Source: an uncultured Candidatus Saccharibacteria bacterium
Lineage (GTDB): Bacteria; Patescibacteriota; Minisyncoccia; Phycocordibacterales; SBAW01
Assembly (NCBI GenBank): GCA_964650645.1
Contig: CAZYUH010000001.1
Coordinates: 219,032 to 283,031, forward strand
Reading direction: 5' to 3'
DNA: 64,000 bases
The position numbers and the translations under genes were made by a program. The notes beneath the pieces are model-generated. The model made no database searches. It was not told the origin of the DNA and saw only the letters and a program-made list of their open reading frames with translations. Numbering within the stretch: the first letter of the stretch is position 1; each line of letters begins with the position of its first letter. Below, piece by piece: positions 56,202 through 64,000 of the stretch.

Positions 56202-57210
56202 GCGCCTTAAATTACTCGCATACGCGCTCCTGTTCGCAACTCCTGCGCTCGCCGGCGCCCAGTTCGCGCCCGACCCCGTACAGTACGTCATAACCCCCGA
56301 AGTGCCCGGGCCCGGCCAGACCGTCACCATAGAAGCGCAGGGGATAGGCGCCTTCCTGGGAGACGCCGCTATTACCTGGACGAAAGACGGGAAAGCGGCG
56401 CAATCGGGCGCAGGGCTGCGCTCGTACTCCTTCGTGACCGGAAGCATAGGCTCGGTCACCAAGGTCCGTGTCGACATACGGTCGTCATCCAACGGCTCGT
56501 TCAGCAAGGAGTTCGTATTCCGCCCGTCGGCGGTCAATCTCGTATGGGAGGCGGACACCTCGGCGCCGCCGCTGTTTGCGGGCAAGACGCTTTATTCGGC
56601 CGGCTCGTCGCTTAAAGTGGTCGCGTTTCCCACGGTCGTCGTGAACGGCGCGCGCGTCGCGGCCCAGAGCCTCTCGTACCAGTGGACGCGGGGCGACCAG
56701 GCCCTGCCGGCGCAATCGGGGCTCGGCCGCAGCACGCTGTCGCTCGAAGGCGACCAGCTCCAGCCCGGGGAGGAGGTGTACGTAAAGCTGTACCTTGGCG
56801 CCAGCCTGGTGGCAGAGGGCGCCGTCGCGATACCCGCCACGGAGCCGCAGCTGCGCTTGTACGAGCGCAACGCCCTGCGCGGCGTCCTGTACGATACCGC
56901 CCTCCCAGACGGGATAGCGCTCAGCGACAAGGAGATAACCGTCGCCGCGCAGCCGTACTACTTCTCTAACGCCGCGCTCAAGGCCGGCGCGCTCCAGTAC
57001 GCCTGGATGCTCGACGGCAACGAGATAAGTGGCCCCACGTCGGCGGAGGGCATACTCACCCTGCGCCAGACCGGCGGGGGCGCGGGCCGCTCGACGCTCT
57101 CGGCGTCGCTCCAGAACACCAACAGCGACCAGCTGGTGCAGTCGGCCACCGCGCTCATTACCATACTCTTCGGCCAGCAGGCGTCAGGCGGCTCATTCCT
57201 CGGACTATGA
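56194..57210 (+). CDS. secreted beta-rich protein with three internal about 100-aa repeats (Ig-like)
   Basis: Signal peptide MHKRLKLLAYALLFATPALAGA. Repeated W(T/M)xDG motifs. Confidence 0.5.
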   Translation: MHKRLKLLAYALLFATPALAGAQFAPDPVQYVITPEVPGPGQTVTIEAQGIGAFLGDAAITWTKDGKAAQSGAGLRSYSFVTGSIGSVTKVRVDIRSSSNGSFSKEFVFRPSAVNLVWEADTSAPPLFAGKTLYSAGSSLKVVAFPTVVVNGARVAAQSLSYQWTRGDQALPAQSGLGRSTLSLEGDQLQPGEEVYVKLYLGASLVAEGAVAIPATEPQLRLYERNALRGVLYDTALPDGIALSDKEITVAAQPYYFSNAALKAGALQYAWMLDGNEISGPTSAEGILTLRQTGGGAGRSTLSASLQNTNSDQLVQSATALITILFGQQASGGSFLGL

Positions 57211-57908
57211 AAAAAGCGGCTTACATAGCGATTCTTTTCCTTCTTTTCGGGATAAGCCCGGTTTCTTCTGCGCAGTCGACGACGGCCGAGTGCCAGCAGC
57301 GATACGGGCAAAATTACGCATACAACCAGCAGTCGGGTACCTGCGTGCAAAGAGTGCTCATTAACAACATCGGCAACACCGCAGCCGACAACAGCGACAG
57401 CAACGCCTTCTGCAAGGGCGGCGCGTGCACTTACGTGCCGCTCGAGCCCCTGCCGACCCTGCCCGGATGCTACGGGCCCAACCCGCCCGCCAACTGCGTC
57501 AATCCCTCGACGCAGTCCTTCGCGAGCGCCATGCCGAGCATCTTCAAGCTCCTCATAGGCGCGGGCGCCCTGGTCGCCATCATCATACTGGTCCTGGGCG
57601 CGCTCACCTACATGTTCTCGGACATCGCGGGCAACAAGAAGAGGGCCATAGACCGCATCCGCAATGCCATGTGGGCCATAGTGCTCCTCCTGTCCTCGTA
57701 CCTCATCCTCTACACCGTCAACCCGGATCTCGTGATGTTCAAGCTCGACCTCGGCGGCACGAGCAACTTCGACACCTCGCCGGCCGCTCCGGGCACGGCG
57801 CTCCCGCAGCAGATGACCCAGGCGCAGCTGCAGGCGCAGCAGAACCAGTGTGCCAACGGCGGCAAGAGCGTGCGCTTCGGGCCTGACGGGTCGCTGATTT
57901 GCCAATAA
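57207..57908 (+). CDS. secreted Cys-rich protein with two C-terminal TM helices (candidate pilin/VirB2-like subunit)
   Basis: Signal peptide, 8 Cys in the ectodomain, then a hydrophobic hairpin (LLIGAGALVAIIILVLGALTYMF / AMWAIVLLLSSYLILYTV). Confidence 0.45.
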   Translation: MKKAAYIAILFLLFGISPVSSAQSTTAECQQRYGQNYAYNQQSGTCVQRVLINNIGNTAADNSDSNAFCKGGACTYVPLEPLPTLPGCYGPNPPANCVNPSTQSFASAMPSIFKLLIGAGALVAIIILVLGALTYMFSDIAGNKKRAIDRIRNAMWAIVLLLSSYLILYTVNPDLVMFKLDLGGTSNFDTSPAAPGTALPQQMTQAQLQAQQNQCANGGKSVRFGPDGSLICQ

Positions 57909-59176
57909 GTATGCAGAACCTCAACTGGAAACTGGCAGCGGAAATAATAGGCGGGACGCTCTTCATCGCGCTTCTGGCGTGGTTCTTCCTCTTCCGATCG
58001 CCCGGGCTCGAGCCCGCCGAAACGGCGCCCCAGCAGACCTTCGTCGGGCAGGAGAGCGTGACCGCCGACGCGCCTGCCGGAAGCGGCGATGGCGCGAACG
58101 CGGCCGAGCGGATACCGTCGCCCGTCTCGAAGCAGAAAGTGTTCAAGATAAGCGACGGGCCCGTCGCGGGCGCCGCCTTCATGCAGGACCTGCGCCCCAC
58201 CACGACCGTCGCCCGGTTCGTCATGCAGCAGAACGGCCACGTGCTCGACCTGGCCATAGACAGCCCGGGTGCGGTGGCGCGCGCCGTCTCGAACACCACC
58301 ATACCGGGGGCGGTGCGGGTAACGTGGGGGATACAGAACGCATCCCTGCGCCAGGTTGCGTCCGGGGCGGTGCTCCAGTACATCGACGCGGGCGCGATAA
58401 AGACCGTCGCGCTCCTGTTCCCTTCCGCTACGACGACCGCCTCCTCGACCATGCCGGCGCCCGTGCGCATACAGTTCCTGCCCGACAACATACGCTCCGT
58501 TGACACTTCGCCCGACGGCCTTTCGCTCGCGTACCTCATAGCGGCCCCGGGCGGCTCGGATATTTACACGGCGCGCGCCGACGGCTCGAACCCGAAGAAA
58601 ATCGCCTCGCTTCCGCTCTCGCAGGTAACGCTCTCGTGGCCGTCGCCCCAGACCCTGCTCGCCGTTTCCGCGCCCGCCACGGGCGTGCCAGGCATCGCGT
58701 TCTCCGTGAACGCGGCGTCGGGCGCCGTCTCGCCGCTCCTGTACTCCCCAGGCCTCGCCGCCACGGCCAACCGGAGCTTCAGCCAGGTGGTGTACCAAAG
58801 CTCATCGCCCGACAGCCGCCTGACCTACTCCCACAACACCGCCACCAACCTCGACCACGCGCTCTCGTTCGACCCCATGCCCGAGAAGTGCGTATGGAGC
58901 CGCCTCCAGGAGAGCGTCGTAGTGTGCGCCGTGCCGCTCGCGTACACCGCGCCGGGGTATGCCGACCTGTGGCGCCAGGGAGCGGCGTCGGTAGCCGACT
59001 CCATCGTGGCGTACAACCTCCTGACCGGGCAGGCGACCATCATCACCACTCCGGGCGGGCCCGACGGGGGCGTGCCTTCGGACATCATGCAAATGGCGCT
59101 CTCCGCCGACGAGAACTACCTGCTCTTCGTTTCAAAAGGGACCCGCAGCCTGTGGGGCGTGCGGCTTAGGGAGTAA
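57899..59176 (+). CDS. membrane-anchored beta-propeller-like (TolB/PD40-like) protein
   Basis: N-terminal TM helix. Repeated ...DGS...YL/ VS segments are suggestive of PD40 blades. Confidence 0.45.
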   Translation: MPISMQNLNWKLAAEIIGGTLFIALLAWFFLFRSPGLEPAETAPQQTFVGQESVTADAPAGSGDGANAAERIPSPVSKQKVFKISDGPVAGAAFMQDLRPTTTVARFVMQQNGHVLDLAIDSPGAVARAVSNTTIPGAVRVTWGIQNASLRQVASGAVLQYIDAGAIKTVALLFPSATTTASSTMPAPVRIQFLPDNIRSVDTSPDGLSLAYLIAAPGGSDIYTARADGSNPKKIASLPLSQVTLSWPSPQTLLAVSAPATGVPGIAFSVNAASGAVSPLLYSPGLAATANRSFSQVVYQSSSPDSRLTYSHNTATNLDHALSFDPMPEKCVWSRLQESVVVCAVPLAYTAPGYADLWRQGAASVADSIVAYNLLTGQATIITTPGGPDGGVPSDIMQMALSADENYLLFVSKGTRSLWGVRLRE

Positions 59177-59183
59177 GAGGGGA

Positions 59184-59651
59184 TTAGGGGCGGGACGGCT
59201 TGGGGCGTTGGTACTTCAGCACGATATGGCGGGACTTACCCTCGCCTGCGGACTCGGTCTTGATCTCCTCGTCGTCCGCGAACAGCTCGTGCACCACCAG
59301 GCGCTCGTAGGATGAGAGCGGGGGCATCTCGACGTCATGCTTGAAGAGCCGCGCGCGCTGGGCGAGCATCCGCGCCTCCTGGCGCACGCGCTCCATCTTC
59401 CCCTCGTGGTAGCCGTTGACGTCCACGAGGAACGCGGCCGCGTCGGCGCCGTGCGCCTTTTCCACCATGCGGCGCGCAACGGCGTTAAGGGCGCGCAAAT
59501 GCTCGCCATCCGGCCCCACAAGGGCGGACGGGTCGCTTACCCGCACCGCAACGACGGTGCGGTGTCCCCTTGAGACCTCGACAGACTCGGCTTCGTGCCC
59601 CATGCTTCGCAGGAATTCCGATATGAAAGCATGCAGATCGAGCGGCTCCAT
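59184..59651 (-). CDS. jag: Jag/KhpB-like R3H RNA-binding protein
   Basis: KH-like plus R3H (LSSYERLVVHELFADD) domains, in the conserved yidC-jag position. Confidence 0.7.
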   Translation of the reverse strand: MEPLDLHAFISEFLRSMGHEAESVEVSRGHRTVVAVRVSDPSALVGPDGEHLRALNAVARRMVEKAHGADAAAFLVDVNGYHEGKMERVRQEARMLAQRARLFKHDVEMPPLSSYERLVVHELFADDEEIKTESAGEGKSRHIVLKYQRPKPSRP

Positions 59652-59703
59652 AAAGCCACTATAAACCAGAGCGCGGGCGCACAACAGTGGACGGGGGCCG
59701 TTT

Positions 59704-60414
59704 TTAGTTCTCCTTTTGCTTCTGGCGCTTGAGGATGTACTCCTGCAGGAGCGATACGAGGTTGCTGGTGACGAAATACACGCCGACCCCGGCCGGGAAG
59801 GTGTAGGACACGACCGCCATGAGCGACGGCATGAAATAGAGCATCATGGCTGACTGCACCTTGTGCGCCGTTTCCTTGTCCGGATTCGTGGGGGAGGGGG
59901 TGCGGCGCAAAGTGAGCCGTATGGCCAGGTACTGCGTAGCGCCCACGAGTATAGCCAAGGCGACGTGGTGCGGCTCGAGGATGTTTATAAGGCCGAAGAA
60001 CGTGGTCGACACCTGCGCCGGCGCGTGCACAACGCCGTACAAAAGCTCCTCCTTTATGACAGGGAACCCCTCGCGGAACAGCGCGAAATAGAGCGCAATG
60101 AGCACCACCAGCTGGATTATGAGCGCGCCGAAGGCGGCGAAGGGGTTTACCTTGTACTTCTTGAGGAGCGCCATGCGCTCGCGGGTCAGCGCCTCCTTGT
60201 TGCCCTTATGCTTCTGCTCTGCGGCGTCCAGCTCGGGCTGCATGGCCTGCATGCCCATTTGCGTGCGTATGGAAGAGGTAAAGACGGGGTAGAGGACCGC
60301 GCGCATGATGAGGGTCATAACGACAATGGCCAGGACCGCGTCGCCCTGCGGCATGAGCCCCAGCAGGAACACGAACAGGTTGTAAATCGGCTGTACTAGG
60401 AAAGTCGTGAACAT
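59704..60414 (-). CDS. yidC: membrane protein insertase YidC (short, Gram-positive/CPR type)
   Basis: 236 aa with 5 TM helices and the YidC/Oxa1 motif ...PLQTKM...-like (TSSIRTQMGMQAMQPEL). Confidence 0.85.
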   Translation of the reverse strand: MFTTFLVQPIYNLFVFLLGLMPQGDAVLAIVVMTLIMRAVLYPVFTSSIRTQMGMQAMQPELDAAEQKHKGNKEALTRERMALLKKYKVNPFAAFGALIIQLVVLIALYFALFREGFPVIKEELLYGVVHAPAQVSTTFFGLINILEPHHVALAILVGATQYLAIRLTLRRTPSPTNPDKETAHKVQSAMMLYFMPSLMAVVSYTFPAGVGVYFVTSNLVSLLQEYILKRQKQKEN

Positions 60415-60689
60415 AGCTGTATGACGGCTTCAGGCTCTATATCGGCCGATTGCACAAAGAGTACCATATGAACCAAAGGGAGAGGGGAGGGGAGGCTCCG
60501 GTAGACCAGGCGCCTCAGGCGGGCGCGCTCTACGGCCCCGCGGGCGACCTTCTTGCTTACGACAACCGCCGCTTTCGGCTCGGTACCGGCCTCGTAGCGG
60601 GCCGAAATACCCGCTCCCCGGACCGGCCGGCCGGCGCGCATAACCTGGCGAACTTCGGCGGCTGATAAGCGAGAGCGCTTAGGGAGCAT
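60396..60689 (-). CDS. rnpA: ribonuclease P protein component
   Basis: Basic 97-aa protein (LPKRSRLSAAEVRQV...) in the canonical rpmH-rnpA-yidC context. Its start abuts the rpmH stop. Confidence 0.7.
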   Translation of the reverse strand: MLPKRSRLSAAEVRQVMRAGRPVRGAGISARYEAGTEPKAAVVVSKKVARGAVERARLRRLVYRSLPSPLPLVHMVLFVQSADIEPEAVIQLCSRLS

Positions 60690-60828
60690 TTAGGCCGTGG
60701 TGAGGCGGGCCCGTCCGCGGCGGGCGCGGCGCTTGAGCACCTGGCGGCCGGCCGGGGTGGCGTTGCGCTTAAGGAAGCCGTGGGAACGGGCCCTTTTGCG
60801 CTTCTTGGGCTGGTATGTCTGTGACATG
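60690..60828 (-). CDS. rpmH: 50S ribosomal protein L34, interrupted by an apparent single-base (+1) frameshift
   Basis: Hand translation gives [16 protein letters not shown] in one frame and (G)[28 protein letters not shown] in the next. The join is a CCCACCGG run where CCCACGG would restore the frame. The span is 139 nt where 138 are needed. Confidence 0.6.
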
Positions 60829-60906
60829 GCACCACTATAGCCCAGATGCACTACTAAGTAAACTCATGCGCATAGCGGTAGGATTTTTGAAATCGGACGA
60901 AAAGAA

Positions 60907-60966
60907 CTATCCACATACTATCCACACCTTATGCACTTTGTGGCGTTTTTTGACGGGTTATCCACA
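60907..60966. promoter_or_regulatory. DnaA-box cluster upstream of dnaA (CTATCCACA x2, TTATCCACA x1)
   Basis: Boxes at 60907-60915, 60918-60926 and 60958-60966, read directly. Confidence 0.75.
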
Positions 60967-60994
60967 GGCGAGTATCCTTACGGAGTACCTTCCT

Positions 60995-62335
60995 ATGACA
61001 ACCACGAAAGAGCTTTGGGAAAACGCATTAGTAGAGCTTGAGCTCACGATTTCGAAGCCTAATTTCAATACCTGGTTCAAGGATACGCACATCGTGAGGG
61101 TAGAGGACGGAACCGTATTCCTGGGCGTGCCCTCGCAGTTCGCCCGCGACTGGCTCTCGACCAAGTTCCACAAGGACATCGTGCGCTCGCTCCGCATGCT
61201 CTCGGAGTCGGTGCGCAACGTCGAATACGTCATATCAAGGAGCCAGAAGCGCGCCCAGGAGGAGCCCCGGGTCGTCCCGCCGCCGCCCCAAGAGCTTGCC
61301 CTAGAGCCGGTGCACCAGAAAACGAGCCTTAATCCGCGCTTCACCTTCTCGTCCCTGGTCGTTGGACCCTTCAACGAGCTCGCCCATGCGGCCGCCCAGG
61401 CGGTGGTGCGCAAGCCGGGCATCGCGTACAACCCGCTCTTCATTTACGGCCCCACCGGGCTGGGGAAAACCCACCTCATACAGGCGATAGGGAACCACTT
61501 CAGGACGCAGGCGCCCGACCGCAAGGTGTATTACGTCACCTCGGAGCGCTTCTCTATGGACTACGTGTCCGCCCTGCAGGGCGGGAAAGTCCAGAGCTTC
61601 AAGGAGAAATACCGCCAATACGACCTCCTTGTCATGGACGACGTCCAGTTCCTCGCCGGGCGCGACAAGATAAAAGAGGAGTTCTTCCACCTGTTCAATT
61701 ACCTACATGACAACAACAAGCAGCTGGTGTTCTCATCCGACCAGCACCCTAACGTCATACAGAACCTCGAGGACCGCCTTAAATCGCGCTTCAATGCCGG
61801 CATGATAGTGTCCGTCACCCCGCCCGACCACCAGTCGCGCCTAGCCATCATCCGCACCAAGGCGGCGGCGCACAACTTCATCCTCGCCGACGACGTGCTT
61901 GAATACCTGGCCACCACCATAGAAGGGAACGTCCGCGAACTGGAAGGGGCGCTCAACACCCTCATGGTCCAGTTCGAGATGCGCGGGGAGCCTTTGACCA
62001 TAAACGACGTGAAGACCCTCTTGCGCGGGTCGGGCGCCGCGGCGAAGAAAGCCGTGTCGGTGCAGGAAGTGGTCAAGACCATAGCCAATTTCTACGGGGT
62101 AGAGGAGGGGAGCATTTATGAGAAGACCCGCCGCAAGGAGGTCGTGCGCCCGCGGCAGGTCATCATGTTCCTCTTGCGCGAGGATTTCCGCATATCCTTC
62201 CCCACCATAGGCGACAAGCTGGGCGGCCGCGACCACACGACCGTTATACACTCCTGCGAGAAGATAAAGAACGACCTGCGCTCCGACTCGGTCCTCTCAA
62301 ACGAGCTCCATCAGATCCGCCTCATGTTGAAATGA
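60995..62335 (+). CDS. dnaA: chromosomal replication initiator DnaA
   Basis: AAA+ Walker A GPTGLGKTHL; Walker B LLVMDDVQFL; C-terminal HTH. Start at the internal ATG (MTTTKELWENAL). Confidence 0.9.
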   Translation: MTTTKELWENALVELELTISKPNFNTWFKDTHIVRVEDGTVFLGVPSQFARDWLSTKFHKDIVRSLRMLSESVRNVEYVISRSQKRAQEEPRVVPPPPQELALEPVHQKTSLNPRFTFSSLVVGPFNELAHAAAQAVVRKPGIAYNPLFIYGPTGLGKTHLIQAIGNHFRTQAPDRKVYYVTSERFSMDYVSALQGGKVQSFKEKYRQYDLLVMDDVQFLAGRDKIKEEFFHLFNYLHDNNKQLVFSSDQHPNVIQNLEDRLKSRFNAGMIVSVTPPDHQSRLAIIRTKAAAHNFILADDVLEYLATTIEGNVRELEGALNTLMVQFEMRGEPLTINDVKTLLRGSGAAAKKAVSVQEVVKTIANFYGVEEGSIYEKTRRKEVVRPRQVIMFLLREDFRISFPTIGDKLGGRDHTTVIHSCEKIKNDLRSDSVLSNELHQIRLMLK

Positions 62336-62567
62336 TGTGGATATTCATGGGGATATGTGGCTAATAAGGGAGGGGATAAGCGGGGGTACAAGGAAACGGG
62401 AGTGTTGATAAGAAACAATGAAAACATATTATGCACAGGGATATTCTTCCCGTCTCCACAGGCAAAAAGGATAAAAGGCGCCAAAAAAGCGCTGTAAATA
62501 AGGACATCTCGGCTTATCCAGCGTATCCACACCCCTAATAGTAGTAATAGTTTATATATAAAGAATT
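62336..62567. promoter_or_regulatory. candidate oriC: DnaA boxes (TGTGGATAT, TGTGGCTAA, TTATCCAGC, GTATCCACA) plus AT-rich DUE between dnaA and dnaN
   Basis: Boxes at 62336-62344, 62356-62364, 62514-62522 and 62523-62531. AT-rich runs at 62395-62500 and 62536-62566. Confidence 0.65.
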
Positions 62568-63665
62568 ATGAACTTCGAGACCACGCCCGAAATACTGAGC
62601 CAAGCGGTCGCGACCGCGAGCCGGTTCTCTGAACGGAGGGCTAACCTGCCGGTACTCGGATGCGTGCTCTTGAGCGCAGAAGGCTCTACATTGACGCTAC
62701 GCGCGACGAACCTCGAATGCGGGGTGGAGATAGCAGTACCGGCAAAAGTGGCCGCAGAAGGCGTTGTAGCGGTTCCAGCGGGCATTCTTAACGGATTCCT
62801 CAGCAACACCAAAGGAAAGACGGTGCGCGCCTCGCTCGCGGGCGAGGTGTTCAAGCTTGAGAGCGAGCGCGCCAACGCCTCCATAAAGACCATTCCGCAT
62901 GAAGACTTCCCGATACTTCCCCGGGTATCCGCCGATACGTCTTTCACTCTCAAGTCCCACGACTTAGTGCGCGCCATACGCTCGGTCGCGTATTGCGCCT
63001 CGCTTTCCGCCGTTAAGCCGGAGCTCCAGAGCGTGCTCTTGTACGGCGATGCGGGCAAATTGACCGCGGTTGCGACGGATTCCTTCCGGTTGGCGGAAAA
63101 GCAGGTGCCGCTCGCGTCCACCGGCTCCATTCCGCAGCTCCTGGTGCCGGCGCGCAACGCCGCCGAGCTGGTGCGCGTGCTCGATGGCATTAAGGGCGAT
63201 ATAGAGGTCAATTACAACGATAACCAGCTTTCGACCCAGGCTGGCGATATCTACTACACGTCGCGCCTGCTCGACGGATCGTTCCCTAATTACCGCCAGA
63301 TACTCCCCAAGGAGTTCTCGACCGAAGGGCTCGTACTGCGCGAGGATATGTCGAGCGCGCTCAAGTCCCTTTCGATATTCGCGGACAAGTTCGCGCAGGT
63401 ATCACTTTCCCTGGACCCCGAGAAGAAGGCCCTCTTCCTCTCGTCGCGCAATCCGGATGTGGGCGAGCAGGTGTCGACCGTCAAGGCGACGGTGTCGGGC
63501 GACGCGGTGTCAGTGTCGTTTAATGGGCGCTATCTGGCCGACAGCCTGCAGTCCATCGCCGGGGACAGTGTGCGCCTTCACTCAAACGGCGCCGGCAAGC
63601 CGATGCTCATAAAGGATGCCTCGGACGACTCGTTCCTCTACCTGGCGATGCCGATGAACCGCTAG
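62568..63665 (+). CDS. dnaN: DNA polymerase III beta sliding clamp
   Basis: 365 aa with three-domain beta-clamp similarity, downstream of dnaA. Confidence 0.9.
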   Translation: MNFETTPEILSQAVATASRFSERRANLPVLGCVLLSAEGSTLTLRATNLECGVEIAVPAKVAAEGVVAVPAGILNGFLSNTKGKTVRASLAGEVFKLESERANASIKTIPHEDFPILPRVSADTSFTLKSHDLVRAIRSVAYCASLSAVKPELQSVLLYGDAGKLTAVATDSFRLAEKQVPLASTGSIPQLLVPARNAAELVRVLDGIKGDIEVNYNDNQLSTQAGDIYYTSRLLDGSFPNYRQILPKEFSTEGLVLREDMSSALKSLSIFADKFAQVSLSLDPEKKALFLSSRNPDVGEQVSTVKATVSGDAVSVSFNGRYLADSLQSIAGDSVRLHSNGAGKPMLIKDASDDSFLYLAMPMNR

Positions 63666-63680
63666 GAAGAATGCGCTAAG

Positions 63681-63709
63681 CAAAAAACCGCCCTAGGGCG
63701 GTTTTTTGC
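63681..63709. terminator. bidirectional rho-independent terminator (A6-CCGCCC-TAG-GGCGG-T6)
   Basis: Read directly. Lies between dnaN and a convergent minus-strand gene. Confidence 0.8.
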
Positions 63710-63720
63710 TTGGGTGCGGC

Positions 63721-64000
63721 CTGGGCGGCTAGCGCGGGACGGTACCGTTGTTCGGCGGATTGTTCCTGTTCGATCTCCCGTTGTTGAAGTCGCTCGGGGA
63801 GGTCTGTCCGGGGATGCACTCGTTCGTCCGCGGGTCGATGAAGCAATCTTCCTGTCCGCCGGGAAGGGCGACCGCCCCGCCGTTGCCGGCGACCCACGCC
63901 TGTATGGGGTACTCCCAGTAGCGGTATTGCGCATCGTTCGTGCTCGGCGGCGTCGAGCCTTGCGGGTCGTTCTTGTTGACCCAGTAGAGGATGCTGTGGA
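63721..64000 (-). CDS. C-terminal end of a secreted protein whose gene starts beyond the window (possible pilin-like disulfide-loop C-terminus)
   Basis: Hand translation of the minus strand gives ...HSILYWVNKNDPQGSTPPSTNDAQYRYWEYPIQAWVAGNGGAVALPGGQEDCFIDPRTNECIPGQTSPSDFNNGRSNRNNPPNNGTVPR*. No start codon lies in the window, so it is absent from the track. Confidence 0.3.

Overview
This 64 kb window is a high-GC (visibly about 60-65%) chromosomal segment of a bacterium with a compact, streamlined gene set, and it contains the replication origin. The origin neighbourhood is rpmH-rnpA-yidC-jag on the minus strand, then dnaA-dnaN with DnaA-box clusters on both sides of dnaA and an AT-rich unwinding region before dnaN.

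Core genes present are sod, comEC, rnhA, recJ, a HIT protein, pgk-tpiA, nusA, ppa, tig, clpP, rny, hup, cca, xth, xerC/D, rpsO, pnp, comM, alkA, uvrD and ksgA. Four tRNAs (Trp, Pro, Arg, Gly) lie in a lower-GC patch. Several core proteins look reduced: tig has no PPIase domain, pnp has no KH/S1 domains, and comEC has no metallo-beta-lactamase domain. These are typical of CPR/Patescibacteria-like or other small-genome lineages, which is an inference.

Two accessory systems stand out:
- **Giant fibre-like proteins.** Two paralogous secreted proteins (963 aa and 1735 aa) end in a phage-type Peptidase_S74 intramolecular-chaperone domain followed by an acidic low-complexity tail. Both have the same unusual leader: a -10 TATACT, a perfect 28-nt palindrome, then TTTGCCGT and the ATG, with no Shine-Dalgarno. 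There are no other phage genes nearby.
- **Type-IV-secretion-like cluster.** About 13 kb of membrane and secreted protein genes sit beside oriC. The only solid anchor is a VirB4 ATPase, which is split into two ORFs. The rest includes VirB3-like, VirB6-like and pilin-like candidates. No VirD4 or relaxase is visible. Together with comEC, comM and an orphan PilB/GspE ATPase with degenerate catalytic motifs, this may be a ComB-like DNA-uptake machine; the function is inference.

Smaller observations: rpmH carries an apparent +1 frameshift, and many antisense ORFs in the track are high-GC artefacts.
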